Part shown: positions 48,597-58,639 of the stretch, in pieces
Layout: every line of letters begins with the position of its first letter
Position numbering within the stretch: position 1 is the stretch's first letter
Source: Bdellovibrionales bacterium
Lineage (GTDB): Bacteria; Bdellovibrionota; Bdellovibrionia; Bdellovibrionales; UBA1609
Assembly: GCA_965200875.1 (NCBI GenBank)
Contig: OZ241456.1
Location: 1,248,001 to 1,312,000 of the forward strand
Reading direction: 5' to 3'
DNA length: 64,000 bases
Position numbers and translations under genes: made by a program
Notes under the pieces: model-generated
Seen by the model: the letters and a program-made list of their open reading frames with translations, nothing else
What the model was told of the DNA's origin: nothing
Database searches by the model: none

Positions 48597-50594
48597 ATGC
48601 GTTTGTATCTGCCAGATTCCCTTCCTATAGATTTACCGGAACAAACAACCGTCTTTGAGCTGGCAAAAAAACTCAAAAAAGATTCTTCGGTTGTTGGTGC
48701 TTTTATTAATAAAAGCCGTCAAATCTCTGATCTGAGAACTCTCCTAGAAAACGGAGATCATGTAAAGCTGGTTCTTCTTCCTTCTGCGGAATCTTTGGAA
48801 GTAATTCGACACTCCTCTGCTCATGTGATGGCTCAGGCAGTTCAGGAACTTTGGCCAGATGTTAAAGTCACTATCGGCCCTGTTATTGAAAACGGATTTT
48901 ACTATGATTTTGATTCTCCCCGGCCTTTTCATCCTGAAGATCTGGAAACTGTAGAAAATAAAATGAAAGAAATTATAACGCGCGATTTAACAGTTATAAA
49001 AGAGGTGTGGCCGAAAGAAAAAGCCATTTCCGTTTTTAAGAAAATGAAAGAAACTTATAAAGTGGAAATCATAGAAGAACTAAATGAACAGGAAGTCAGT
49101 GTTTATCGGCAAGGAGAGTGGTTCGACTTATGTATAGGTCCTCATGTCAGAAAATTATCTCAAATCGGAGCAATTAAAATTTTACATCAATCTGGTGCTT
49201 ACTGGAGAGGTGATGAAGAAAACACTAGGCTGGTGCGAATTTATGGAACAGCTTTTCATACGGAAAAGGAAATAAAACAGTATCTCAAAAACTTGGAGGA
49301 ATCCGCTAAAAGGGATCATCGAAAACTGGGAAAAGAAATGAGTCTTTTTTACTTTTCAGATCTTTCCGCCGGCAGTCCTTTTTTTACAGGAGCTGGAACT
49401 TGTATTTATAATGAATTACAGAGGTTTTTGCGGGAAATATATGTGCAATACGGCTATGAGGAAGTTATTACGCCTCAGGTTTTCAACTCTTCGCTTTTTC
49501 ATCAGTCTGGCCACACTCAACATTTCCTGTATAATATGTATCCTGTTTTACAAAAATCAACACATACGGAACAAAGTATGGCTCATTTACTCAAGAACAA
49601 AAAAGCCAATGTGGAACAAAAAAAGCTTCATAGTTCAAATCTTTCTTTTCTCAAACCAATGAACTGTCCGGGGCATTGCGTGTTATATTCCTTTCAAAAG
49701 CGATCCTACAGGGAACTGCCTTGGCGGGTGGCAGATTTTGGACGCCTGCACCGAAAAGAAAAAAAAGGGGTTTTGCATGGTCTTACCCGTGTCAGCAGTA
49801 TGTGTCAGGATGATGCTCATGTATTTTGCTCCCCGGAGCAGTTACAACAGGAAATAGAGAGTATTTTAAAAATGTTTCAGGAGGTATATGGCCAGCTGGG
49901 TTTAAGTGAATATAAAGTTGCTTTATCCACCCGCCCAGCGGATTCTATGGGAGAAGACGCAATTTGGAACAAAGCAGAAGATGTTTTGTCTTACACTCTG
50001 AAAAAATCAAAGATTCCGTTTGAAATTCACGCTGGAGAAGGAGCTTTTTACGGACCAAAGTTAGATTTGCTTTTTGTGGACGCAATGAAAAGATCCTGGC
50101 AACTGGGCACTCTTCAATGTGACTTTAACATGCCTCATGCCTTTAATTTGAAATATGTGGATAATGACAATAAGGAAAAAACCCCTATTTTGTTACATAG
50201 GGCCATTTTAGGTTCTTTGGAGAGGTTTATAGGTGTGTATCTGGAGCATAGAGGAGGTCATTTGCCTTTGTGGCTTTCGCCGGTACAGGTGTTATTTATC
50301 AATATTTCAAAAGATCAGGAAAAGTATGTTAAAGAATGTGCCGATAAGATGAAGGGAAAGGGAGTTCGAGTGGAAACAGATTTAAGAGGAGAAAAACTGG
50401 GCTATAAGATAAGAACAGCTCGCCTGCGTCGCATTCCCTGTATGGCTGTAGTGGGAGAACGGGAAACTCAGGTTCAGTCTGTAGCGGTGCGTTTGCAGGA
50501 CAAAAAAACTTTTTTGATAAAAACAGATATTTTTATAGAAAAAATACTAAAAATCATTCAAAAAAGGAAGTTAGATATATCTACTAGTTTTTGA
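48597..50594 (+). CDS. thrS: Threonine--tRNA ligase
   Basis: RHSSAH, RDHRKLG, KPMNCP, AFYGPK, LGSLERF. Confidence 0.97.
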   Translation: MRLYLPDSLPIDLPEQTTVFELAKKLKKDSSVVGAFINKSRQISDLRTLLENGDHVKLVLLPSAESLEVIRHSSAHVMAQAVQELWPDVKVTIGPVIENGFYYDFDSPRPFHPEDLETVENKMKEIITRDLTVIKEVWPKEKAISVFKKMKETYKVEIIEELNEQEVSVYRQGEWFDLCIGPHVRKLSQIGAIKILHQSGAYWRGDEENTRLVRIYGTAFHTEKEIKQYLKNLEESAKRDHRKLGKEMSLFYFSDLSAGSPFFTGAGTCIYNELQRFLREIYVQYGYEEVITPQVFNSSLFHQSGHTQHFLYNMYPVLQKSTHTEQSMAHLLKNKKANVEQKKLHSSNLSFLKPMNCPGHCVLYSFQKRSYRELPWRVADFGRLHRKEKKGVLHGLTRVSSMCQDDAHVFCSPEQLQQEIESILKMFQEVYGQLGLSEYKVALSTRPADSMGEDAIWNKAEDVLSYTLKKSKIPFEIHAGEGAFYGPKLDLLFVDAMKRSWQLGTLQCDFNMPHAFNLKYVDNDNKEKTPILLHRAILGSLERFIGVYLEHRGGHLPLWLSPVQVLFINISKDQEKYVKECADKMKGKGVRVETDLRGEKLGYKIRTARLRRIPCMAVVGERETQVQSVAVRLQDKKTFLIKTDIFIEKILKIIQKRKLDISTSF

Positions 50595-50639
50595 GTTTTA
50601 TAATTTTATCAAGTAAAAAACCTAAAAAGGAGGTGTTTT

Positions 50640-51359
50640 ATTCGTAAGTTCAGAAAAAAATTCAAGGGTACAGTCAAAAAGGAAGAGAAGTTCAGAATAA
50701 ATGAAAAGATTATTGCGGAACAAGTGCGTGTGATAAATGAAGATGGTGATATGATGGGTGTGTTACCGCCCTCTCAAGCTGTGACTATGGCTCTGGAAAA
50801 AGGTTTGGATTTAGTGGAGATTGCCCCTAAGGCTAATCCACCTACCTGTAAAATAATGGATTATGGAAAATGGAAATTCAAGCTCAGTAAAAAAGAAAAG
50901 CTATCCCGGAAAAATCAAATTAAAATTATTATTAAGGAAATTCAATTACGCCCGCGCACGGATGTACATGACCTAGAAATCAAAATGAGAAAAGCAAAAG
51001 AGTTTCTTAAGGATGGTTGTAAAGTGAAAATACATTTACGCTATTCCGGGCGGGAGATGGCTCATAAGGAGTTGGGTTTAAAAATGTTAGACAAAGTAAA
51101 ATACGCTTTACTTCCTTATGCCATGCTGGAAAAGGACACTCCTCAAATAGAAAAAAGATCTGTTTTTTTGTTTTTTGCTCCTGATCCTGCAAAGCTTAAA
51201 GAATGGCAAAAAAAGAAAAAAGCAGGGACTGACACAATAGAAAGTAAAGAAGAAGACACAATAGAAAGTAAAGAAAGTGAACCTTCAAAAGGAGGCAGTC
51301 AGAACGAGCAAGAAAAATTTTCTGCGAAGTCCGCCTCTCCGCCGTTCAGAGAAGGGTAG
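50640..51359 (+). CDS. infC: Translation initiation factor IF-3 (AUU start)
   Basis: AAGGAGGTG RBS then in-frame ATT at 50640, adding the conserved RINEKI.A.QVRVI; LDLVEI, CKIMDYGK. Confidence 0.93.
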   Translation: MRKFRKKFKGTVKKEEKFRINEKIIAEQVRVINEDGDMMGVLPPSQAVTMALEKGLDLVEIAPKANPPTCKIMDYGKWKFKLSKKEKLSRKNQIKIIIKEIQLRPRTDVHDLEIKMRKAKEFLKDGCKVKIHLRYSGREMAHKELGLKMLDKVKYALLPYAMLEKDTPQIEKRSVFLFFAPDPAKLKEWQKKKKAGTDTIESKEEDTIESKESEPSKGGSQNEQEKFSAKSASPPFREG

Positions 51360-51443
51360 TAACTTGGTCCTGAATAAGTCTTTTTAGGGATTGCCCTATT
51401 GTGATGAATGATATTGTCTTAATGCTTTATCTTCAAAAGTGAA

Positions 51444-53941
51444 TTATCTATCAATACATTTACTTCCATTTTGAGTACCCTCAGAATTAATAAAATACCA
51501 CCATTTTTTCTCGGCAGGACAGTCACATCGACCGGTTGTTTCATTCCATGTTGCATCTTGTGGACACCATATACATTTGTTAAGTGTATGACTGTAATTT
51601 CTCTGGAAGGTTTGCCCTCCTGGGAATTGAATAGGACCACAAGCATCAATACATTGACTTCCATCTTGAATGCCAGAATCAGAATCAATAGTATACCACC
51701 ATCTTTTTCCGGCAGGACAGTCACATCGACCGGTTGTTTCATTCCATGTTGCATCTTGTGGACACCATATACATTTGTTAAGTGTATGACTTAACTTTCT
51801 ATGGCGTAGTTGCCCTCCTTGAAATCTAACAGAACCACAAAGGCACTTTATGGTTAATCTTTCGTTTTTTACAAAAACTTGCATAATACCACCTTGGATT
51901 TGCTGTTCTCCTGGGATATCACAAGGACATTTTGACCCATCCCAAGGTACGCCAGCAGGGCATGCGCCACAGTAACCTTCCCGACTTCTCGTGTTCCGAT
52001 TAAAAATAGCATGGAAAGAAGGAAATGCTGGGTTGTTGCATACACATCTATGGTTACCATTATCTGTGTATTCAAAGGTTACATCTCGACTAGAGCAGTG
52101 TACACATTCCAAGTATCTATTACTAAAATACTGTCCCCTAGGACATCGGTGACATTTGTTATCGTAATAATGTTGCCCTTCAGGGCATCGGTTACATTCC
52201 CTAGAACCCAAATGCCAATGTGGTTTTGCAGTGGGGCATTGACATTTTTGTATTGTGGTAGACCATTCTTTCCCACCAGGGCATCTTTGACATTTATCTT
52301 CGTAAAAATATATGTTAGGACTACGGCATGTAATACATTGTTCTCTTGTAGTAGACCAATATTGATCACCACGGCATCTTCGACAAATGCCGTTAAAAAA
52401 ATGTATGTTAGGATGAGAACATGTAATACATTGTTGTCTTTGGACAGAATAATGTTGCCCACTTTGGCATGGAGGATATATACATTCGTTCCTTATATGA
52501 TCAAATGTTTTATCTGAATCCAGACATGTACATTTATTGACAGACCAAGTCCATTTTGACCCACCACCGCATGTTGTACATTGATTATTATGCCAAATGG
52601 GGTTTGAGGGTGATAAACATTCACATCTCCCTTTAATTTCTCCCTCCCCCCCCGGCCAGTTCCAAGCTCTACCCCCAGTGCAATCACATCGACCGGTTGT
52701 TTCATTCCATGTTCCGTCAATGCATGGTACACAAGCCCCACTGAAAAAATATTTTCTAGGAGGACAATCGCACTTATTGACTCTGTCAGGTTCATAAATC
52801 CATATATATTTTGAATCATCACATACACATTTACCATTACTCCAATGTGACCTTGAATAACCGCTAGTGGGGCATGTGATACATCTGCAACCCCGTTTTT
52901 AATATAAAGGTGATGATTACTGGGGCAATCACATCCTGGTCCACCTTCTAAATCGGGATTCCATATAAAACTTGTCGGACACCTCTGACATACACCTTGC
53001 TTGTATATTGGTTTGTCGTCTGGGCATACACAGAGTGGTGGGTTTGTGTTTGTTAAAATGCTACCTCCTGTACACATAATCTGACACACAGTTGTTCCGT
53101 CTGTTTTTCTTACAGGATATTGCCCTTCAGGGCATGTTTTAGATACTTCTATTGCATCAGGTTTTATCCTGGACTCACTTGTCTTGAATCCGGTAAAAGC
53201 TTTAATGGTTTGTGTGGTATCAGGATTGAGCTGTCTCATTTCATCAGAATTAAAAATATTGGCTGGTATAGTGTCACAAGGTGTTATGCCTGTTTTGATT
53301 TCGTTAGGGTCACAAGAGCTTATTTTAGGTTCTGGTTTTTTCGGGAAACAATTTGCTGGTGCACATGAGGTTATTATATTGCTTGGATCATCATCATTAC
53401 TACAATCTGTATTAGAGTTACGATCAGCTTTACTGCATGTATAGTTTATTTCACAGGAAACATGGTAACAGCCTCTTTTGTCTCCTTTTTTATTGCTATT
53501 CTCGTCATCAGGTTCGCATTTATAAGGTTGATTATTATCATGCTTCCCTTGCCTTATCTCATTAGCACCTAAAGCAGGCTTTTTGTAATATACATAAAGA
53601 GTCTTTTTTTTTGGAAAAGGTGGGGCATTAGTGGGAAGGACATCTATATCAATAATATTAATAAAACCCTCGTTCTTAAAATTTCCAACATTCAGAACAG
53701 ATATTCTTTCCTCCGGTTTTCCAGTTAAATACTGCCTGCAATAATCGTCATTATTTAAAATATTTATTAATGTTTTTCCTAAGGCTTTTTCTGAAGAGGC
53801 CACACTTTCAACATTGGTACTATTTATTGACCTTGTGTTTAGCTTATAATTCCCCATAGCAATAGTAAGGCCAACAAGAGAAAAGCCCAGTACGCCAAGA
53901 AGGCCACCACCAACAAAACCAGTTTTACTTTTTATCCTCAT
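51444..53941 (-). pseudogene. Large pilin-like-leader, Cys-rich repeat protein (~830 codons) split by one frameshift at ~52890-52900
   Basis: ORF 52493-53941 loses its Cys pattern after HHLYIKNG; the alternative frame is stop-free from ~52898 to 51444 and Cys-rich throughout. Confidence 0.8.
51512..51791. repeat. Internal ~80-bp exact repeat with 198-bp (66-aa) period; partial third copy at ~52684-52712
   Basis: Encodes SHTLNKCIWCPQDATWNETTGRCDCPA twice. Confidence 0.9.
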
Positions 53942-53967
53942 GCGAAATAGCCTATTTGTTTTAACTA

Positions 53968-54089
53968 CTCACCCGTGAAAAACCCATAGTGCTTTAATTA
54001 TCACACTCTTTTTTCAAGTACTTTCCCAAGGGATGTCATTCCCGTGAAAACGGGAATCCAGGAAAATAACATACTTTTTCACGGACCAC
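53968..54089. mobile_element. 122-bp MITE-like element with TAACTA direct repeats
   Basis: Inverted relative to 24547-24669; TAACTA at 53962-53967 and 54090-54095; palindrome 54035-54059. Confidence 0.82.
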
Positions 54090-54103
54090 TAACTACTTTT
54101 TTA

Positions 54104-55066
54104 CTAAGGAGAAGTACAATTCCCGTTATTATCTAAAGTCATACTTGAAGGACAATGACATTTTTCCTCTCCATTTATTACTTTGAGTCTTTGTCCACCA
54201 TGACAAATTGTTTTACATTCCATTTCACCAGTGACAGTGTTTAATACTTTATGTTGGCTTGTGCTTGGACATGCCACTAATTTACAGTCCATTTCTATTA
54301 CATGTTTTCCGTTGGCACTGGTCATTTCAGTTTCCGGGTTTATGCCAATCGCGACCTGTCCAGCTGGGCATGCTCTCTTTAAGCATATAGGTTCTAGTTT
54401 GTTTTGGTTGTTCGGTTTCGTCCCTATTAAGGTCTCCTCTGCACCACATCCAACACAATTATCAGGCCCAGCTAAAAATTTCCCAGGCGGACAAGTGGGA
54501 GTTAAAACATTGCTTGCACTATCATCCAATACACAATCCAAAGGATTGCATATATCATCGTTCTCAGGTGGATTATCAAGATTCTCAGCATGAATGTTAC
54601 AGGTAATATGATAACAACCTTTTTTATCTGTTTTTGTGCAGGCATTTCCCAGCTTTGTCTGCATGTTTCTTAAAGCTGTGGCTTTATCACTATATTTGTA
54701 ATATAAATTGAATTTATGTATATTATTTTGACTTGATACAGTTATATCCACAGTCTCAATAAAGCCTTTAAATATACTTTCACTTTTGTTAGACCTATTA
54801 AAAATATAGGGCATCTTATTAATCTTTGCAGGATTATTTTGATCATAGTAGGCTGGTTCTGTGTTAGGAAAAAAATTTTTGCAATTATTATTAAAAATAT
54901 GATAGACGCTGTTTTTAAATTTTCTAGTTATCTGCTGTGTTTCTATTACATTAGAAGTTACATAAGATTTTTCTATAGCTTTTGAAAGGCCGGCAACAGC
55001 AACACTACTCAAACTGACCACCAACAACAGCTCAACAATACTCATTCCTTTATTATTTATTTTCAT
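54104..55066 (-). CDS. Minor pilin-like protein with Cys-rich C-terminal repeats
   Basis: G|MSIVELL; shares LY/VYYK and GCYH.(S/T)C.I with the downstream gene; CP.G repeats. Confidence 0.8.
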   Translation of the reverse strand: MKINNKGMSIVELLLVVSLSSVAVAGLSKAIEKSYVTSNVIETQQITRKFKNSVYHIFNNNCKNFFPNTEPAYYDQNNPAKINKMPYIFNRSNKSESIFKGFIETVDITVSSQNNIHKFNLYYKYSDKATALRNMQTKLGNACTKTDKKGCYHITCNIHAENLDNPPENDDICNPLDCVLDDSASNVLTPTCPPGKFLAGPDNCVGCGAEETLIGTKPNNQNKLEPICLKRACPAGQVAIGINPETEMTSANGKHVIEMDCKLVACPSTSQHKVLNTVTGEMECKTICHGGQRLKVINGEEKCHCPSSMTLDNNGNCTSP

Positions 55067-55068
55067 AT

Positions 55069-55692
55069 TTATTTCCAATGGTCGCATTTTGCTAGATTCT
55101 GCCCTATCTGGAGAGGCGCACCACCTCTACATATATTTGATTGTGTTACATCTACATAATCAGCTAGATCACTACCTTTTTTGTTACACCATATATCGTA
55201 TGGGTGAGGTTGACTCCACTGAACACGGGTAATAATTTGAAGTTTTTTTCCTGAAACTTCTTGCTGTATGCTTAAACAATAATATTGGTGTTTTGCAGGA
55301 TCATTTTTGTTATTACTGCGGGTTTGAGTAATACAAGTCGCATCTGCCGGACAGGTAAAACCCAGCTTTTTTTTTAAATCCTTTTTTAAGGCTTCTTGTG
55401 TTGTGCCTGTTGCTTCGCAAGGTTTTTTTAAATATCGTGTTGAATCAGATGATATATCTGCATTAGTGGGAACAGTGCCGTCTGTTTTCAATAGTGTAAT
55501 CTCCCAACCTCCATTTATGGAAATACAGTTTTTAACAGAACTAGCAAAAAGCTTGGCGTGGGTTTTAAAGTCGTTTTTACTGGCTCTAAGTGTCTGGTCT
55601 CTATAGGAAACATAAGCGACACCGCTTATTATAGAAAGAATGCCTATTGTTACCAGAATCTCAACAAGCGTATAGCCTGCATTTGCTTTCAT
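55069..55692 (-). CDS. Type IV pilin-like protein
   Basis: G|YTLVEIL; shares CPADATC and YYCLSI..EVSGKKLQI with 27795-28367; start uncertain. Confidence 0.85.
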   Translation of the reverse strand: MKANAGYTLVEILVTIGILSIISGVAYVSYRDQTLRASKNDFKTHAKLFASSVKNCISINGGWEITLLKTDGTVPTNADISSDSTRYLKKPCEATGTTQEALKKDLKKKLGFTCPADATCITQTRSNNKNDPAKHQYYCLSIQQEVSGKKLQIITRVQWSQPHPYDIWCNKKGSDLADYVDVTQSNICRGGAPLQIGQNLAKCDHWK

Positions 55693-56445
55693 ACTATTGC
55701 CCCTGAAAACAAAGGGGACACCTACAACATGCGGGGCAGATTGCGAAGCGGATTCAACAGAGAAGAACATCTGATTTAATCTGAGTAATCGTGTAAGGTA
55801 TTTGAACAATCCTGCTATTTTTGCAAAAGCAAAAAACTGCTTAAAATCTGAGAATATCTGGATCAGCTTATAACGCAGTGCATGAGGGGGGGGGGGTAGA
55901 GGGGGTTTTTCTTTGGATTTCTTTCACATTTACTTCCTTATTAAAATTTATGAAAGTTAATCGGCCTTTATCGTAAAAAACTTTAATTTTTTTTTAATAT
56001 TCTAATACTCTGTAAAAGGAGATTAGTTGGGCATGAAAAAGGTGTTAACGCACTGTTATTACTTGATTTTTTTATAATTTTGTTTGAAAATAATTGCAAG
56101 ATTTTACAACAAAGCCCTTTGTTATGATTCCACTTAAAATCTGAAATTTTTTATTGATTGAACTGGCCTGAAAGGCTGACTTTTTACCATGTAAATTTAC
56201 AGTATACTTTTAAATTTACATGGTTATAATATAAGGACTTGCTGGCAAGGTGTACTTAAGGAGAGGGCTTTTCTCTAAAACAGATGAAACAATGGATAAT
56301 TAAAAAGTTCACTTTCCTATGTGTGCAAAATGAGAGGTTTTTTCTCCATAGCAGTTTTTGGTTTTAAACTGATTTGATAACAGCTTTGATAACAAGAAAG
56401 TTATACACTTACACTACGACTGTAGCTTATAGAGAGGTATCAAAA

Positions 56446-57597
56446 ATGCGATATATAAAAAGGTTTTCTTTTGAGAGAATATTGTATCAACTAAAGCGGT
56501 ATCCCGTGGTGGCTTTGTTAGGTCCGAGACAAGTTGGCAAATCCACTTTGGCAAAGGCCGTGTTGCGCAAAATCAAAAAAGCGGTTTATTTTGATTTGCA
56601 GTCTCCAAGTGATCTTCAGCGAATGGAAGACCCTGTGGCTTTATTTGAACGACACAAAAACCAGCTTGTGATTATAGACGAAATTCAAAAAGCACCGGAA
56701 CTGTTTTCCATTTTAAGAAGCCTTATTGACAAAAAGAGAAGAAACGGCCGGATTTTGGTTTTAGGTTCTGCGAGTCGAGATTTAATAAAGCAAAGCTCAG
56801 AAACTTTGGCCGGGAGGATTTGTTATATGGAGATCATGGGTTTTCAAAGAGAAGAAATCAAATCTATTTACAACTTTAATACCCATTGGACAAGAGGAGG
56901 ATTGCCACTTAGTCTTTTAGCCGGAAGTGATGAAGACAGCTTTGATTGGAGAAAAAACTATATTCAAACTTTTTTGGAAAGGGACATTCCTTTGTTGGGG
57001 TTTGGTTCACTTCCACCCACTCAAATGAGACGGCTATGGAAGATGCTGGCACATTATCATGGTCAGATTTTAAATATTTCCACATTAAGTCAGTCTCTGG
57101 GACTTTCAACCCCTTCTTTAAAAAAACATATCTCCCAGCTGGAGCAAACATTCATTATCAGAACTTTGGAACCTTATCACCACAACTTAAAAAGACGACT
57201 GATAAAATCCCCAAAAGTTTATATAAGAGACAGCGGATTACTTCATGCTCTTTTGGATATAGAAAACATAGAGGCTCTTATGGGTCATCCTGTGTGTGGA
57301 ACCTCTTTTGAAGGCTTTGTTATGGAAAATCTTTTGTCTCATTTTCCTTTGTGGACACCCTCTTTTCTTAAGACATCAAATGGAGCGGAGGTGGATTTGG
57401 TCCTCAGCAAGGGCCAAAAAACAATTTTTTTTGAAATGAAGCTCAACTCAGCACCCAAGGTTTCCAAAGGTTTTCACCTACTGGTGGAAGCCATAAAACC
57501 TGATAAAACTTTTGTAATAGCCCCTGTAACTTCTTCCTTTAAAATAAAGAAACTTACATATACCTGCCTCGATGAATTTTTATCTTTAAAAATTTAA
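56446..57597 (+). CDS. AAA_14-family ATPase with DUF4143 domain
   Basis: GPRQVGKST, IIDEIQ, ETLAGR, GGLP, KSPKVYIRDSGL, EVDLV..EMK. Confidence 0.9.
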   Translation: MRYIKRFSFERILYQLKRYPVVALLGPRQVGKSTLAKAVLRKIKKAVYFDLQSPSDLQRMEDPVALFERHKNQLVIIDEIQKAPELFSILRSLIDKKRRNGRILVLGSASRDLIKQSSETLAGRICYMEIMGFQREEIKSIYNFNTHWTRGGLPLSLLAGSDEDSFDWRKNYIQTFLERDIPLLGFGSLPPTQMRRLWKMLAHYHGQILNISTLSQSLGLSTPSLKKHISQLEQTFIIRTLEPYHHNLKRRLIKSPKVYIRDSGLLHALLDIENIEALMGHPVCGTSFEGFVMENLLSHFPLWTPSFLKTSNGAEVDLVLSKGQKTIFFEMKLNSAPKVSKGFHLLVEAIKPDKTFVIAPVTSSFKIKKLTYTCLDEFLSLKI

Positions 57598-57673
57598 TAG
57601 AGGCGGTTTTGTGAGATTTTATCTCCTCTGGAAAACTGTGACCCACCTAACTTTTTCAATATGAAATATAGAT

Positions 57674-57802
57674 CTATACAAAACGCTTTAAGATGGCCAT
57701 TACAATAATGAATAAAAATATCCAGAATCCCAAAAATCGATAAAGAACATATCCCAGTATCAAAATCCCACACAGTAAAAAAAATATACCAATACTTTTC
57801 AT
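57674..57802 (-). CDS. Small hydrophobic membrane protein (42 aa, below the ORF-track cutoff)
   Basis: MKSIGIFFLLCGILILGYVLYRFLGFWIFLFIIVMAILKRFV. Confidence 0.45.
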   Translation of the reverse strand: MKSIGIFFLLCGILILGYVLYRFLGFWIFLFIIVMAILKRFV

Positions 57803-57899
57803 ATTTATACTACCCAGTAATCCTAACACGGACTATTAATAAAACCACCTTGAAGCATAAGCATAATTTACATCTTTTTTTTACGACTACTCAATATTT

Positions 57900-58487
57900 T
57901 TACGCACCAAAAATTTGCATGAATGCTATACTTATACTGTACAACAGGTATTTTGGATAAGAGACTTTTTTGCATATATACCGGCTTCCGTCCCACCCAA
58001 ATTTAACAAAATCTTTTGGAAGTTCTTTGTTGATAAATTGCAAAGGTTTTGAGCTAAGGGGGGCAGAGTAGGGATTTCCTGCAGTATCTGCTTTAAACTG
58101 TTCATAATACTGTTGGCTGGCGTACTTAACATGAGATTGAATCAAAACATTGGTTTTTGTGTTTAGCCGGTAAATATTGTATTCCTCACGATAAAGTTCA
58201 TTTTTTTTTCGCTTTCCCGCAAAAGTTTGAAAGTAGCCGAACAAAAAATCACCATTTTGTCTCATTTCAAAAGGAGGGTCTATGTGCAAAGGAAACTTGG
58301 CAGTATAAAAACCTTCCCGATCAAGAGATTTTGTAATAAGTAACAGACGATCGAAGTATTGGGAGGCTCTTTCCCCATTTCTCAAATGGGAGGCGCAAAA
58401 ATACCTTTTTCCTGGCAAAGTTGCTTGCCCTCCGGTGGAGACAGAACATAGTAAAAGAAGAGATAGAAAAAAACAAGCCTTCAACAT
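57900..58487 (-). CDS. Hypothetical exported protein
   Basis: N-terminal signal-like segment and hydrophobic C-terminus. Confidence 0.6.
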   Translation of the reverse strand: MLKACFFLSLLLLCSVSTGGQATLPGKRYFCASHLRNGERASQYFDRLLLITKSLDREGFYTAKFPLHIDPPFEMRQNGDFLFGYFQTFAGKRKKNELYREEYNIYRLNTKTNVLIQSHVKYASQQYYEQFKADTAGNPYSAPLSSKPLQFINKELPKDFVKFGWDGSRYICKKVSYPKYLLYSISIAFMQIFGA

Positions 58488-58639
58488 GTATATCTATCAT
58501 ATATTTGAAATTTCTAGTTTGTAAAGATTTTTATATGTTCCTGTTGTTGAAATTTTTGATTTAACAGGGGGCTTTCTTACAAGAGTTTTATTGTAAAATC
58601 TTGCAATTATTTGCCGAACATTTTATAAAAAAATCTATT

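Noticed and set aside
51419..52517. ORFs 51419-51754, 52079-52462, 51471-51794 and 52011-52517
   Set aside because: Alternative-frame or antisense readings of the Cys-rich gene.
52646..52653. G8 run as the cause of the frameshift in the Cys-rich gene
   Set aside because: The Cys pattern and a TWNETTGRCDC repeat are already in the alternative frame upstream of this run, placing the lesion at ~52890-52900.
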